From assembly GCA_964347285.1 (NCBI GenBank), contig CAYFYE010000002.1, forward strand, positions 11,075 through 75,074: a stretch of DNA of 64,000 nt. The letters run 5' to 3'. The position numbers were made by a program, and so were the translations under genes. This DNA is from an uncultured Acidimicrobiia bacterium. GTDB taxonomy: Bacteria > Actinomycetota > Acidimicrobiia > Spongiisociales > JAOTWH01. Position 1 is the first letter of the stretch, and the number at the start of each line of letters is the position of its first letter. Below the pieces are notes generated by a model. That model did no database searches. It was not told the DNA's origin and saw only the letters and a program-made list of their open reading frames with translations. This document shows positions 39,142 through 49,505 of this stretch, piece by piece.

Positions 39142-40064
39142 CGACGCTGGCTGACCTCGTGGGCGCCGGTCGGGTGGCCGAGGACGTGCCGCTGGCCCCA
39201 TTGACTACCTACAAGTTCGGGGGGCCGGCCGACTACTTCGCCGAGGTCGACTCCGAGGAGGATCTGTTGGAGCTCACGGAGGCCGCTGCAGAAGAGGGGC
39301 TGGCCGTGCTGGTGGTGGGGCGGGGCAGCAATCTGGTCATCGCCGACGATGGATTCCGGGGCCTGGCAATGCGCCTCGGCACCGGCCTGGGGAGGGTGGA
39401 GGTGACCGACGGTGGCGAGGTCGTGGCCGGCGGGGCGGCTTCGCTTCCGACCTTGGCCAGGACGTCGGTACGGGCGGGACGTTTGGGATTGGAGTGGTGT
39501 GTCGGCGTGCCCGGTTCGGTGGGGGGAGCGGTGCGCATGAACGCCGGTTGTCACGGAAGCGATATCTCGAAGTGCCTGACGGCGGCCCGGGTCGTGGACA
39601 TCGACCGATCCCGTGCCGAGGAGCGGACCGTGGACGACCTGGGCTTGGGCTATCGCACCAGCCGCCTCACCGACAACGATGTGGTCACGTCGGCCCGGTT
39701 CCATACCGTTCCCGGCAGCAGCGAGGAGGGCGAGCGACGCATACGCGAGGTCACTCAGTGGCGGCGTAAGCACCAGCCCGGGGGCACGCTGAACGCTGGG
39801 AGTGTGTTCAAGAATCCGCCGGGCGACGCGGCCGGTCGGATCATCGACGAGACGGGCCTGAAGGGATTCCGGGTCGGCTCGGTAGCCGTATCCGACAAGC
39901 ATGCCAACTTCTTCGTCGCCGACCCCGGCGCCCGCGCTCAAGACCTCTTCGACTTGGTGTGGGCGGTCCGCTCCCGGGTGGGCCGGGCCACCGGAACATG
40001 GCTCGAGCCCGAGATCCACTTTGCCGGCGCGTTCCGCCCTTCTCCGGACCGGGCCGATCCATGA
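39138..40064 (+). CDS. murB: UDP-N-acetylenolpyruvoylglucosamine reductase
   Basis: ATGA overlap; FAD-binding VVGRGSNL, GSVFKNP motifs. Confidence 0.9.
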   Translation: MTTLADLVGAGRVAEDVPLAPLTTYKFGGPADYFAEVDSEEDLLELTEAAAEEGLAVLVVGRGSNLVIADDGFRGLAMRLGTGLGRVEVTDGGEVVAGGAASLPTLARTSVRAGRLGLEWCVGVPGSVGGAVRMNAGCHGSDISKCLTAARVVDIDRSRAEERTVDDLGLGYRTSRLTDNDVVTSARFHTVPGSSEEGERRIREVTQWRRKHQPGGTLNAGSVFKNPPGDAAGRIIDETGLKGFRVGSVAVSDKHANFFVADPGARAQDLFDLVWAVRSRVGRATGTWLEPEIHFAGAFRPSPDRADP

Positions 40065-40861
40065 CCATCACCATGGACCCGCGTCTCCAACAGCGTCGCC
40101 GCCGGGTGGCCGAGCACGGGGCGCGCCGGCGGCTGCGGGCCATGGCATGGATGGCGATGATCCTGGTGGTCGTCGGCCTCGCAGTTTGGGTTTCGCAGTC
40201 GACGCTGCTCGACGTCGATGAAGTGACATCGAGCGGCATCGAGAATTCTGATGCATTGCGGCTGCTCGAGGAAGCGGGGATCTCACCAGGTACGCCGATC
40301 GTATCGGCTATTTGGCGGGCGGGCCGAGCGGAGCGGGCCATCGAGGAGGATCCGTGGGTCAGCGACGCCGCGGTGTCGGCTGTTTTGCCCGATAGGGTGG
40401 AACTGGTCGTGGTCGAGCGGCATCCGGCGGCGTGGGCGGAAGCCGATGACGGCTGGCTGCTGCTCGGGGGCGATGGCGTGGTGGTCGAGCAGGCGGCGGC
40501 CCCCCGGTCCGGCCTGGCGACGATCCGGCTTCCCGGGGTGACGGGTTCGGTGGGGGAGGCCGTGCAGCATGCCGAGGCCGCCGGCGTCCTCGAATTTGCC
40601 AACACCCTGGTCCCCGACGTGGCCGCCGATCTGGAAGTCGGGGTCCGGGACGGGGCCCTGTGGGCCGAGGCCGGCGCTCTCTCCGCGAAGCTGGGCCGGG
40701 CCCGGGAGATGACGGCCAAGGCCACGGCGTTCATGGCCTTCCTAGCCGAGGACGTGCCTGAGGGGTGGGCCGTCAATCTGGTCGCCCCGAGTCGGCCGGC
40801 CTTGTTCGAGCACGCATTGGGAGACGGGGCCGGGGGCGGGGAGCAGACGCCGGATCAGTAA
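40061..40861 (+). CDS. ftsQ: cell division protein FtsQ/DivIB
   Basis: ATG 40061 (ATGA overlap with murB); single TM then POTRA-like region; cluster position. Confidence 0.8.
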   Translation: MTITMDPRLQQRRRRVAEHGARRRLRAMAWMAMILVVVGLAVWVSQSTLLDVDEVTSSGIENSDALRLLEEAGISPGTPIVSAIWRAGRAERAIEEDPWVSDAAVSAVLPDRVELVVVERHPAAWAEADDGWLLLGGDGVVVEQAAAPRSGLATIRLPGVTGSVGEAVQHAEAAGVLEFANTLVPDVAADLEVGVRDGALWAEAGALSAKLGRAREMTAKATAFMAFLAEDVPEGWAVNLVAPSRPALFEHALGDGAGGGEQTPDQ

Positions 40862-40953
40862 AGTGAGGGTCGACCCTGGACTCTCAACCTGAAGTTGAAG
40901 GTGAGTCGGCCACGTTTTTTCGCGTTCTTGTATCGGGTAACCTGGCGGGCATC

Positions 40954-42012
40954 ATGACGAGTGAGCGAAGGACCCCGCAAACGTACCTAGCGGTGATCAA
41001 AGTAGTCGGCGTTGGTGGGGGAGGCGTCAATGCCGTCAACCGAATGCTCGACGCCGGAGTGGGTGGTGTGGAGTTCGTTGCCATCAACACCGATGCTCAG
41101 GCGTTGCTCATGTCCGACGCCGATATCAAGCTCGACATCGGCAGGGATCTGACTCGCGGCCTGGGCTCGGGGGCCGACCCCGAGCTGGGGCGCCAAGCCG
41201 CCGAGTCCCACCGCGCCGACATCGAGGACGCCCTCAAGGGTGCCGATATGGTGTTCATCACGGCCGGGGAGGGAGGCGGTACCGGTACCGGTGGTGCTCC
41301 GGTCGTGGCGGAAATCGCCCGGGAACTCGGAGCGCTGTCTGTTGGTGTGGTCACCCGCCCATTCGGTTTCGAGGGCCGTCGCCGTTCGGTGCAGGCCGAA
41401 CAGGGGATACAGGATCTCAAGCAGGCGGTCGACACCCTGATCATCATTCCCAACGATCGACTGCTGGAGGTGGCCGAGCCCAGCACGACGGTGGTCGAGG
41501 CTTTCCAGCTGGCCGACGAGGTGCTTACGAGCGGGGTCGCCGGCATCACCGGCATCATCACGACCCCTGGGTTGATCAATGTCGACTTCGCCGACGTCAA
41601 GGCGGTGATGCAGGGGGCCGGATCCGCGGTGATGGGTATCGGCCGCTCGACGGGGGAGCAGCGGGCCCAGCAGGCTGCCGACAAAGCCATCTCGAGTCCG
41701 CTGTTGGAGACATCGATGGAGGGTGCCACCGGTGTGCTCATGTCGGTGGCCGGTCCCACCGATTTGACCTTGCTCGAGGTGAATCAAGCCGCCGGGGCCA
41801 TCGCCGAACATTGCGATCCAGACGCCAATGTGATCTTCGGGGCCGTCATCGATGATGCGTTCGATGACGAGGTACGGGTGACGGTCATCGCCGCCGGATT
41901 CGAGGCGGGCCGTCCTTCCCGGCTGTGGAGCTATGAGGACCTGGAAGAGGAACCCGGCTTCGCACCGGGCCGGGAAGACGACCTCGACATTCCATCCTTC
42001 GTAGAAGGATGA
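40954..42012 (+). CDS. ftsZ: cell division GTPase FtsZ
   Basis: GGGGVNA, tubulin signature GGGTGTG, NTDAQAL. Confidence 0.95.
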   Translation: MTSERRTPQTYLAVIKVVGVGGGGVNAVNRMLDAGVGGVEFVAINTDAQALLMSDADIKLDIGRDLTRGLGSGADPELGRQAAESHRADIEDALKGADMVFITAGEGGGTGTGGAPVVAEIARELGALSVGVVTRPFGFEGRRRSVQAEQGIQDLKQAVDTLIIIPNDRLLEVAEPSTTVVEAFQLADEVLTSGVAGITGIITTPGLINVDFADVKAVMQGAGSAVMGIGRSTGEQRAQQAADKAISSPLLETSMEGATGVLMSVAGPTDLTLLEVNQAAGAIAEHCDPDANVIFGAVIDDAFDDEVRVTVIAAGFEAGRPSRLWSYEDLEEEPGFAPGREDDLDIPSFVEG

Positions 42013-42638
42013 TCCGCCCGCCCGGGTTCCGTGGGGCGGCCTTTGGCACCGCCCGAGACGGCGACGCCCGCGCCTCTGCCGAGGCTCGTGCTGCCATTTC
42101 CCGAGAGCTGGGCATCAGCTCGAAATGGGCCTTCGCTCGGCAGGTCCATGGAACCGATGTGTTGACGGCTCGGGGTCCGGGGTTGGCGGGAGAGGGTGAC
42201 GCCCTGATGACGAGCACACCGGGGTTGCCGCTGGTGGTGGGAACGGCCGACTGCGTCCCGGTGATCGTGGAGGGTCGGGCGGTCGTAGCGGTGATCCACG
42301 CCGGGTGGAGGGGTCTGGCGGCCGGCGTGATCGGCGCGACCCTCGACCACATGGCCCGATCGGGCGCGGAACCGGAACGGGCCGCCGTCGGGCCGGCCAT
42401 AGGACCATGTTGCTACGAGGTGGGAGAGGAAGTTCTGGCCGCCCTGGAGGGGTACGCCGTCACGACTCGCTCCGGCGCCCCGGGGGTGAATCTTTCGTCG
42501 GCGGCCGTAGCGCAGTTGGGGAGCCTGGCCGTGTGGAGGGATGAGCACTGCACCAGTTGTGGCGCCGGCTTCCACTCGTACCGGCGCACCGGAACGCCAT
42601 CGCGCCAGGTGGCGGTAGGTTGGTTGCCGAGCGCCTGA
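42009..42638 (+). CDS. pgeF: peptidoglycan editing factor PgeF (YfiH/laccase-domain family)
   Basis: ATGA overlap with ftsZ; QVHGTDV, TADCVPV, HAGWRG, C..H Zn-site motifs. Confidence 0.85.
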   Translation: MIRPPGFRGAAFGTARDGDARASAEARAAISRELGISSKWAFARQVHGTDVLTARGPGLAGEGDALMTSTPGLPLVVGTADCVPVIVEGRAVVAVIHAGWRGLAAGVIGATLDHMARSGAEPERAAVGPAIGPCCYEVGEEVLAALEGYAVTTRSGAPGVNLSSAAVAQLGSLAVWRDEHCTSCGAGFHSYRRTGTPSRQVAVGWLPSA

Positions 42639-43285
42639 AGCAGGTACTGGAGCGGATCGGAGCGGCCGCGATCCGAGGCGGCCGAAACCCCGACGAGATC
42701 ACCCTGGTGGCGGTCACCAAAGGGCGATCCGTCGACCAGGTCCTCGAAGCCTATGGAGCCGGCCAGCGCCACTTCGGAGAGAATCGGGCCCAAGAGTTGG
42801 TGGCCAAGGCGCCGCTGCTTCCCTCCGACATCCACTGGCATTTCATCGGACCCCTACAGCGCAACAAGGTGGGGAAGGTCCGTCCGCTGACCGTGCTCCT
42901 GCACTCGCTGGACCGGATTTCCCTGGCCCAGAGCTGGGCCCGTGGTGGCGCCGCGCCGCCGGCTCTGCTGGAGGTCAATGTCGGGGGGGAGCCTCAAAAG
43001 CACGGCTTTCGTCCCCTAGAGGCCCGGGAAGCGGCCTCGATCTGTATCGATCTCGGCATCGATCTGTTGGGGGTGATGACGATGCCGCCCCAGGTGGCCA
43101 GCCCGGATCAGGCCCGGCCATGGTTCGAGGCCTTGGTGGGCGTGCGCGATCAGTTGGCCAAGGAGTGGCCCGAAGTCCGGGAGCTCTCGATGGGTATGAC
43201 CGACGATTTCGAGGTGGCCGTGGAGATGGGAGCCACACTCGTCCGCGTGGGACGGGCTATCTTTGGCGCCGCACGGGGAACGTGA
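42620..43285 (+). CDS. yggS: YggS-family PLP-binding (PLP homeostasis) protein
   Basis: TTG 42620 chosen by alignment to E. coli YggS N-terminus; AVTKGR (PLP-Lys), HFIGPLQRNK, SMGMTDD motifs. Confidence 0.85.
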   Translation: MVAERLKQVLERIGAAAIRGGRNPDEITLVAVTKGRSVDQVLEAYGAGQRHFGENRAQELVAKAPLLPSDIHWHFIGPLQRNKVGKVRPLTVLLHSLDRISLAQSWARGGAAPPALLEVNVGGEPQKHGFRPLEAREAASICIDLGIDLLGVMTMPPQVASPDQARPWFEALVGVRDQLAKEWPEVRELSMGMTDDFEVAVEMGATLVRVGRAIFGAARGT

Positions 43286-43318
43286 TGCCGGCGGGCCCTG
43301 GCCACGACGAACCGGAAG

Positions 43319-43912
43319 GTGAACATGGCATCACTCTGGCAGAAGACCCTCTACTACTTGGGGTTGGTCGACGAGGAAGAGGGGCCCGAAGCCGAGCCGG
43401 GGGACGGCGAGGTGCCGGCCAAAGCACCCCCGCCGCAAGCGCCGCCACGACGGACCGCGAAGAGTGTGCAGCACGTCGGAACACCCACCGGAACGATTCC
43501 CGGTCAGCGAGTCGAGCCGCCGCCCCGGTCCCGGCGGCGAATCGCTGCCGATCCGGCGTTGGCCGAGGCGGGTGTGTACATTTCCAACGAGAGCGAAGAG
43601 TCGGCGGTGCGCCCCACCTCGACGACCGCCGAGTCGGAGGTCATTTCCGCCAACAGCTTCTCGGATGCCCAATTACTCGCCGACCTGATTCGGGAGAGGA
43701 CTCCGGTGGTCCTCGATTTGCGGACGACCGAGCCGGAAATGGTGCGGCGGCTCGTGGACTTTGCCTCCGGTCTGACCTATGCCCTCGACGGCACGATGAG
43801 GCGGGTCGCACAAGGTGTGATATTGGTGACTCCGCCCCGGGTGACTGTGAGCCGCGACGAGCGGCGCCGCCTGGCCTCTCTCGGTCTCTACGAAGGCCGC
43901 GACCTGAGCTGA
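43319..43912 (+). CDS. sepF: cell division protein SepF
   Basis: N-terminal SLWQKTLYYLGLVDEEE, P-rich linker, conserved C-terminal SepF domain. Confidence 0.85.
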   Translation: MNMASLWQKTLYYLGLVDEEEGPEAEPGDGEVPAKAPPPQAPPRRTAKSVQHVGTPTGTIPGQRVEPPPRSRRRIAADPALAEAGVYISNESEESAVRPTSTTAESEVISANSFSDAQLLADLIRERTPVVLDLRTTEPEMVRRLVDFASGLTYALDGTMRRVAQGVILVTPPRVTVSRDERRRLASLGLYEGRDLS

Positions 43913-43918
43913 GCCGGT

Positions 43919-44182
43919 TTGGACCTCGTCTGCTCGCTTCTTCGCATCTACTACTTCGTAGTCATAGGGCGCATCGTGCTGCGCCTGATCGTCGACTTCG
44001 GACGGATGCCGTGGGGGCACCCCGTTCGGCGCGTCGAGGAGCTGTTCGGTAAGGCGGTCGATCCCTTGCTACGGCCGATCAGAGCCGTGGTCCCGGCCGT
44101 GCCGGTGGGCGGGATCTCATTGGACCTCTCACCATTGATCCTCATCGTCGGATTGAGCATCGTCGTAGGAGTAGTGTGCTGA
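43919..44182 (+). CDS. yggT: YggT-family membrane protein
   Basis: 87 aa, two TM helices; conserved position after sepF. Confidence 0.7.
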   Translation: MDLVCSLLRIYYFVVIGRIVLRLIVDFGRMPWGHPVRRVEELFGKAVDPLLRPIRAVVPAVPVGGISLDLSPLILIVGLSIVVGVVC

Positions 44183-44186
44183 GCCG

Positions 44187-47100
44187 CTAGCCACCGGCCG
44201 GTGCCAGCTCGAGCAGCAGCCGCCTTCCCCCTATTTCGACGGTGCTCGCTTCGGGCCCGGTGCCTTCAGAGATTCGCTGAGCCAGGATCTCGGCTGCGAT
44301 GAACGCCTGGTGGCTCCGGATGGCGGCCGCCAGCGCATCATCATCGGTGGCCCAGCGCAGCTCGATGCGGTCGCTCACGGCCAGTCCGGCTTCCCTGCGC
44401 AGCGCTTGAGTGCGGTTGACGACCTCGCGGGCCAAGCCCTCGGAGATCAGCTCGTCCGAGAGGGCGCAATCGAGGACCACCACCAACGAGCCTTCCGCTG
44501 CAACGACCTGGCCCCGACGCGGGATCCTGGTCACCACCACATCGCCTCCGCTGATGGTTTCGCCCTCTACTTGGACGGCCCCTCCTTCGACGAGCCGATC
44601 GACGTCCTCGTCGCCCAGGGCGGCAATAGCGGCGGCCACTTGCTTCACCCGGGCGCCCAGGCGGGGTCCGAGCACCCTGAAGTCGGCCTTGGCGCTGAGG
44701 TGAACCAGATCCGCCTCGTGCTCGCCGAGGCGCACCTCCTTGACGTTGAGCTCTTCGCCGATGAGGTCGAGATGGCCGGCGATTGCGGCGCGGGACGCCG
44801 GGTCTCTGGTCACCACGGTCATGCTGGGAAGCGGCTGGCGGACCCGGATCCTCTCGGATACCCGCAGGCCCCGACCCAGATTGACCACCCGGCGGACGAC
44901 GGCCATTGACCGTTCGAGCTGGGCATCGATGAGTGCCGGGTCGGCTTCCGGATAGTCGGTGTGGTGGACGCTGTCGGGGCCATCACCGTCCTCCGGCCGC
45001 TGCCGGACCACGAGGTGGAGGAAGATCTCTTCGGTGACGAACGGAAGGAGGGGTGCCAGGACGCCGGCGAACGTCACCAGCACCTCGTACAGGGTGGCGA
45101 AGGCGGCCGTCTTGTCCCTGTCGTCGCCGGTCTTGGTGCGCCAGAACCGGCGGCGAGAACGGCGGATGTACCAATTGGTGAGGTCGTCGATGAAGGCCAG
45201 CATCGGCGGGACGACCGCATACAGGTAGTAGCCCTCCATCTGCTCGTTTACCCGTTTGATGAGGCTCTGGAGCACGGAAAGGATCCAGCGGTCCACTTCG
45301 GGCCGCTCTGCCGGGGGCGGGGCCGAGGCGAGGTCCTCGGGACCGATGCGGTCGGCCTCGGCATACGTCGTGAAGAACGAATAAGCGTTCCAAAGCGGAA
45401 GCATGACGGTGCGCACCACCTCACGCACACCCTTCTCCGAGAAACGCAGGGTCTCGGCCCGCATCACCGGTGAGTTGATCAGGAAGGCCCGCAAGGCATC
45501 GGCGCCGTTGCGGTTGATGACGTCGATCGGATCCTCGTAGTTCCTCAGGCTCTTCGACATCTTCCGCCCGTCCTCGGCCAGGATCAGCCCGTTGACCACG
45601 CAGTTGCGAAACGGCACCTCGTCGAACAACGCCGTTGCCAAGACCACCAGCGTGTAGAACCACCCGCGGGTCTGGTCGAGGCCCTCGGCGATGTAGTCGG
45701 CCGGAAACAGGGCGGCGAACTCCTCTCGGTTTTCGAAGGGGTAGTGCTGCTGGGCGTAAGGCATCGAGCCCGATTCAAACCAGCAATCCAACACCTCCGG
45801 TATCCGCCTCATCGTTCCGTCGCACCGGGTGCACGGGAAGGTGACCGGATCCACGAAGTGCTTGTGGAGGTCGGTCAGCCGGATCCCCGAGCGCTCTTCC
45901 AGCTCGTCGATCGAGCCGATGCAAACCGTCTCGTCGCACTCCTCACATTCCCATATCGGTATGCAGCTTCCCCAGTAACGGTTGCGACTGATGGCCCAAT
46001 CGCGGGCCTCCTCGAGCCAGTTGCCGAAGCGGCGGGTGCCCACGTAGCCGGGCACCCAGTGAATGGTCTTGTTCAGCTCGACCATGCGGTCCCGGAACGC
46101 CTCGACTCGGACGTACCAGGTGGGAATGGCCTTGTAGATGAGGGGCGTTTCGGTGCGCCAGCAGAACGGGTAGGAGTGGACCAATCGCTCGGAGCGCACC
46201 AGGAGATCGGCCTCGTCCAGCATCTCGACCAGTCGGGCGTCGGCGTCCTTGACGTTCTGGCCGGCTACGTCGGGGACGGCGTCGGTGAACCGACCCTCGG
46301 CATCGACCGGATCGAGCATCACGTCGAGGCCGGCGTCCTGGAGGGCGAAGAAGTCGGCCTCGCCGTAGGCCGGCGCCATGTGCACGAGGCCGGTTCCCTC
46401 TTCCGTGTTTACGTCGTCGGAGGCGATGATCCGAAATGCCCCCCGGTCGCGCTCTTCGGCGAAATACTCGAAAGGCGGCTGGTAGGCCACTCCCAGCAAC
46501 TCGGCGCCGGTGGCCTCATCTGTGATCAGGCCCCCATTCGTGAAATAGCGTTCCACTAGGTCGGCAGCGATCCAGTAGGTGCCCGGATGCCCGTCGATGG
46601 GGCCCTCGACCCGGGCGTACCGGACGTCTTCGGCGACTGCGATGGCCAGATTGCCCGGAAGTGTCCAGGGCGTCGTGGTCCAGATGAGCAGGTGGTCCCC
46701 GGGGCGGACCGGACCGGGGCCGGCGACGACCGGCAGCCGCACGGTGATCGATGGATCCTCGACGTCGCGGTAGTCAAGGTTGGCCTCGAAGTTGGACAGA
46801 GGGGTGGTGGCCCCCCACGAGTAGGGGACGACCTTGAAGTCCTTGTAGATCAGTCCCTTGTTCCACAACTGCTTGAACACCCACCACACCGATTCCATGA
46901 AGTCGACGTCCATGGTCTTGAAGTCGTTCTCGAAATCGACCCAACGGCCGATCCGGCGGGTGACCCTCTCCCAATTCTCGGTGTTGGCCTGGACACGGAG
47001 GCGGCACGCCTCGTTGAACCGATCCTCGCCGAAGGAGGCGATGGCGCTCGGACCGGACAGGCCGAGATCCTGCTGCACCTCCATCTCGATGGGCAGGCCG

Positions 47101-47375
47101 TGCGTGTCCCAGCCGAACCGGCGCTCGATGCGATAGCCGCGCATCGTCCAGTAGCGGGGGACGACGTCCTTGAGTACCCCGGCCAGCAGGTTTCCAAAGT
47201 GAGGACTTCCGGTTGGGAAGGGCGGGCCGTCGTAGAAGGTGTATTCCCGCCCCGGCGGACGCAGTTCCACCGACCGGGCAAAGGCGTCGATCTCGTCCCA
47301 GAACTCGAGGATGCGCTCTTCGAGCGCGGGAAAGTCGACGTCGGGAGCGACTCGACGAAACGGTGTACTGCTCAT
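44187..47375 (-). CDS. ileS: isoleucine--tRNA ligase
   Basis: 1062 aa; HIGH-class (PTGSPHFGN), KMSKS, Zn-finger C-x2-C motifs; actinobacterial/type-2 length. Confidence 0.95.
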   Translation of the reverse strand: MSSTPFRRVAPDVDFPALEERILEFWDEIDAFARSVELRPPGREYTFYDGPPFPTGSPHFGNLLAGVLKDVVPRYWTMRGYRIERRFGWDTHGLPIEMEVQQDLGLSGPSAIASFGEDRFNEACRLRVQANTENWERVTRRIGRWVDFENDFKTMDVDFMESVWWVFKQLWNKGLIYKDFKVVPYSWGATTPLSNFEANLDYRDVEDPSITVRLPVVAGPGPVRPGDHLLIWTTTPWTLPGNLAIAVAEDVRYARVEGPIDGHPGTYWIAADLVERYFTNGGLITDEATGAELLGVAYQPPFEYFAEERDRGAFRIIASDDVNTEEGTGLVHMAPAYGEADFFALQDAGLDVMLDPVDAEGRFTDAVPDVAGQNVKDADARLVEMLDEADLLVRSERLVHSYPFCWRTETPLIYKAIPTWYVRVEAFRDRMVELNKTIHWVPGYVGTRRFGNWLEEARDWAISRNRYWGSCIPIWECEECDETVCIGSIDELEERSGIRLTDLHKHFVDPVTFPCTRCDGTMRRIPEVLDCWFESGSMPYAQQHYPFENREEFAALFPADYIAEGLDQTRGWFYTLVVLATALFDEVPFRNCVVNGLILAEDGRKMSKSLRNYEDPIDVINRNGADALRAFLINSPVMRAETLRFSEKGVREVVRTVMLPLWNAYSFFTTYAEADRIGPEDLASAPPPAERPEVDRWILSVLQSLIKRVNEQMEGYYLYAVVPPMLAFIDDLTNWYIRRSRRRFWRTKTGDDRDKTAAFATLYEVLVTFAGVLAPLLPFVTEEIFLHLVVRQRPEDGDGPDSVHHTDYPEADPALIDAQLERSMAVVRRVVNLGRGLRVSERIRVRQPLPSMTVVTRDPASRAAIAGHLDLIGEELNVKEVRLGEHEADLVHLSAKADFRVLGPRLGARVKQVAAAIAALGDEDVDRLVEGGAVQVEGETISGGDVVVTRIPRRGQVVAAEGSLVVVLDCALSDELISEGLAREVVNRTQALRREAGLAVSDRIELRWATDDDALAAAIRSHQAFIAAEILAQRISEGTGPEASTVEIGGRRLLLELAPAGG

Positions 47376-47650
47376 AGGGGCTCACGCCTCCTGCCCGGCT
47401 CTCTGCCGGGACGGGGCGGCAGCCCCGCGGTACCACCCGGCTTGCCGGGCCGAGGCCCGGCCGCTCGTTGCGCCCGGATGTCGGTGGGCCACCGGCGGGT
47501 TCTACTCCCTACTCCATTTGGCGGAGGGTTTCTTCCCGCGGCTCGGGGATGATGTCCGCCCGGGGCCGCGGCACCGTCCTCGCACCAAGCGACGGCTCGC
47601 TGGGCCGGGTGATCCCGGGCGGCGCCGTTCCCGTCGACGCCGTGGTCGGA
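47376..47650 (-). promoter_or_regulatory. T-box riboswitch leader (isoleucine specifier) upstream of ileS
   Basis: Minus-strand sequence AAGCCGGGUGGUACCGCGGGGC (T-box consensus GGGUGGUACCGCGG) ends about 50 nt upstream of AUG; downstream GGGGC...GCCCC alternative helix, no U-tract, SD GGAGG; upstream GACAUCAUCC offers AUC-A specifier. Confidence 0.6.
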
Positions 47651-47759
47651 AGAGTACCGCGGGAGCACGTGGAAATCAGAGGAAGAAACCTCTGGGTGGG
47701 CGCGTTGCCTAGGGGTCGGGCCGACCGGTGCTATGGTCCGCCCGCTCCGGAGATTGTCG

Positions 47760-48131
47760 ATGGCCAGAAAACTCGCCAAATCAACCGTGAACCGTTTCCG
47801 CAGGAAGTTGGACGACGAAGCCGAGCGGCTCTCGGCAATGATCGAGGAGCTGGAGCAGGAGCGCGAGGAGGTACGTATCTCGGAAACCTCCTCGGAGCGC
47901 AGTCCCGATCCCAACACCGCCGAAGGGGGCTCCTTGGCATTCGAGCTGGAGAAGGAGCTCTCGATCGCCCAGAACGCGGTGGACCTGCTCGCCAAGGTGA
48001 ATAGGGCCAAGGAACGCCTCGAGGCGGGTAAGTTCGGCGTGTGCGAGGTGTGCGGGAAATCGATCCCGGTGGCCCGGTTGGACGTGCTTCCCTACGCCAC
48101 CACCTGCGTTGAGTGCGCCGCCGAGCGTTGA
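47760..48131 (+). CDS. DksA/TraR-family C4 zinc-finger protein
   Basis: ATG 47760; C-terminal CEVCGKSI...CVECA C4 finger; coiled-coil N-terminal part. Confidence 0.75.
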   Translation: MARKLAKSTVNRFRRKLDDEAERLSAMIEELEQEREEVRISETSSERSPDPNTAEGGSLAFELEKELSIAQNAVDLLAKVNRAKERLEAGKFGVCEVCGKSIPVARLDVLPYATTCVECAAER

Positions 48132-48612
48132 GCGCAGGAGCGCGCGACTCTCGGCACTCCTGATCGCCGCCGGCGTCGTCGCCCTTGACCAAGCCACCAA
48201 GGCCTGGGCCCTGGCCGCTCTCGACGAGGGCCCCATCCGTCTGATCGATGACTTCCTACGCCTGGCGCTGGCCCGCAATTCCGGAGCCGCCTTCGGACTC
48301 CTGCGCGGAGTCGGGTCGTGGCTGGCTCTCCTGGCCGTGATCATCATCGTCACTATCTTCATGGGCCTCCGAGTCGACCTCGACCGCCCCTCCACGATTG
48401 CGCTTGGTCTCATCCTGGGGGGAGCGATCGGCAATCTCATCGATCGACTGTTTCGGGGCTCGGGCCTCGCCGACGGGCTGGTCGTCGATTTCATCGACTT
48501 CAATTTCTGGCCCACCTTCAACGTGGCCGACAGCGCCATTACGGTGGGCGCCTTGATCATCGTGTGGGAGGGCCTACGGAGCTTTGCCGCTACACCGTCG
48601 GAGCCGAGCTAG
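48109..48612 (+). CDS. lspA: lipoprotein signal peptidase II
   Basis: TTG start; 4 TM, NSGAAFG, FNVAD motifs. Confidence 0.85.
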   Translation: MSAPPSVERRSARLSALLIAAGVVALDQATKAWALAALDEGPIRLIDDFLRLALARNSGAAFGLLRGVGSWLALLAVIIIVTIFMGLRVDLDRPSTIALGLILGGAIGNLIDRLFRGSGLADGLVVDFIDFNFWPTFNVADSAITVGALIIVWEGLRSFAATPSEPS

Positions 48613-49505
48613 CCGGCGAGCGCCTCGACAAAGCCGTGGCCGTGCTGGCCGGTCTCAGCCGGACCCAAGCACGTAGGCTCGTCGAAGACCACGCCGCCCT
48701 TGTCGATGGCTCTCCGGCCCGGCCCACCGATCGGGTGACGCCCGGGGCGGTGATCGAGGTGGGGCTTCCCCCAGCCCCGGGCCGCCTCCTGCCCGAGCCG
48801 GTGCCGTTCGACGTGATCTGGGAAGACGAGTACTTGGCGATCGTCGCCAAGCCCTCCGGGGTCGTCGTGCATCCGGGTTCAGGCGCCCGGCGGGGCACCC
48901 TGGCGGCCGGATTGCTGCACCGTTGGCCCCAGCTGGAGGGGGTGGGGGAGCCGGATCGATGGGGCATCGTCCACCGCCTCGATCGGGAGACTTCGGGATG
49001 CCTGCTGGTGGCGAAGACCTCCGAGACGCTCGGAGCGTTGCGGGCGGCGCTGGCGCGCCGCGAGATCGAACGATCGTATTGGGTGCTCGTGCGAGGAGGA
49101 TTCGATGTCCCGGCCGGCACGGTGGATGCTCCGATCGGCCGCGACCGCCGTCATCCGACCCGCTTTGCCGTCGACCCGGCCGGCCGGCCGGCCCGCACCC
49201 ACTACCGGGTGGCGGCGCAATGGGATGAGCCGGCGGTTTCGCTCCTCGAGGTGCACCCCGAAACCGGGCGGACCCATCAGATCCGGGTACACCTGCTGTC
49301 CATCGGGCACCCCGTCGTCGGCGACCGCACCTACGGACGGGTCCCCGGCCTGGGCTCGAAACGGGTATGGCTCCACGCCTTCCGCCTGGAACTGAGGCAC
49401 CCGATCAGCGGCCAACCCATCGACGCCGGCGCACCTCTCCCCGACGAATTGCGCGACGATCTCCGCAATCTGGGTCCCCCCGACCGGGGTGAGCTGCCCG
49501 ACTAG
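48564..49505 (+). CDS. rluD: RluA-family 23S rRNA pseudouridine synthase (RluD-like)
   Basis: GTG 48564 aligns with E. coli RluD N-terminus (TVGAELAGERLDKAV vs TVSENQLGQRLDQAL); HRLDRETSG catalytic Asp motif; S4 domain; overlaps lspA by 49 nt. Confidence 0.85.
   Translation: MGGPTELCRYTVGAELAGERLDKAVAVLAGLSRTQARRLVEDHAALVDGSPARPTDRVTPGAVIEVGLPPAPGRLLPEPVPFDVIWEDEYLAIVAKPSGVVVHPGSGARRGTLAAGLLHRWPQLEGVGEPDRWGIVHRLDRETSGCLLVAKTSETLGALRAALARREIERSYWVLVRGGFDVPAGTVDAPIGRDRRHPTRFAVDPAGRPARTHYRVAAQWDEPAVSLLEVHPETGRTHQIRVHLLSIGHPVVGDRTYGRVPGLGSKRVWLHAFRLELRHPISGQPIDAGAPLPDELRDDLRNLGPPDRGELPD

Noticed and set aside
42557-42619. ATG 42557 as yggS start
   Set aside because: Would overlap pgeF by 82 nt and add a non-conserved 21-aa leader; TTG 42620 aligns with YggS N-termini
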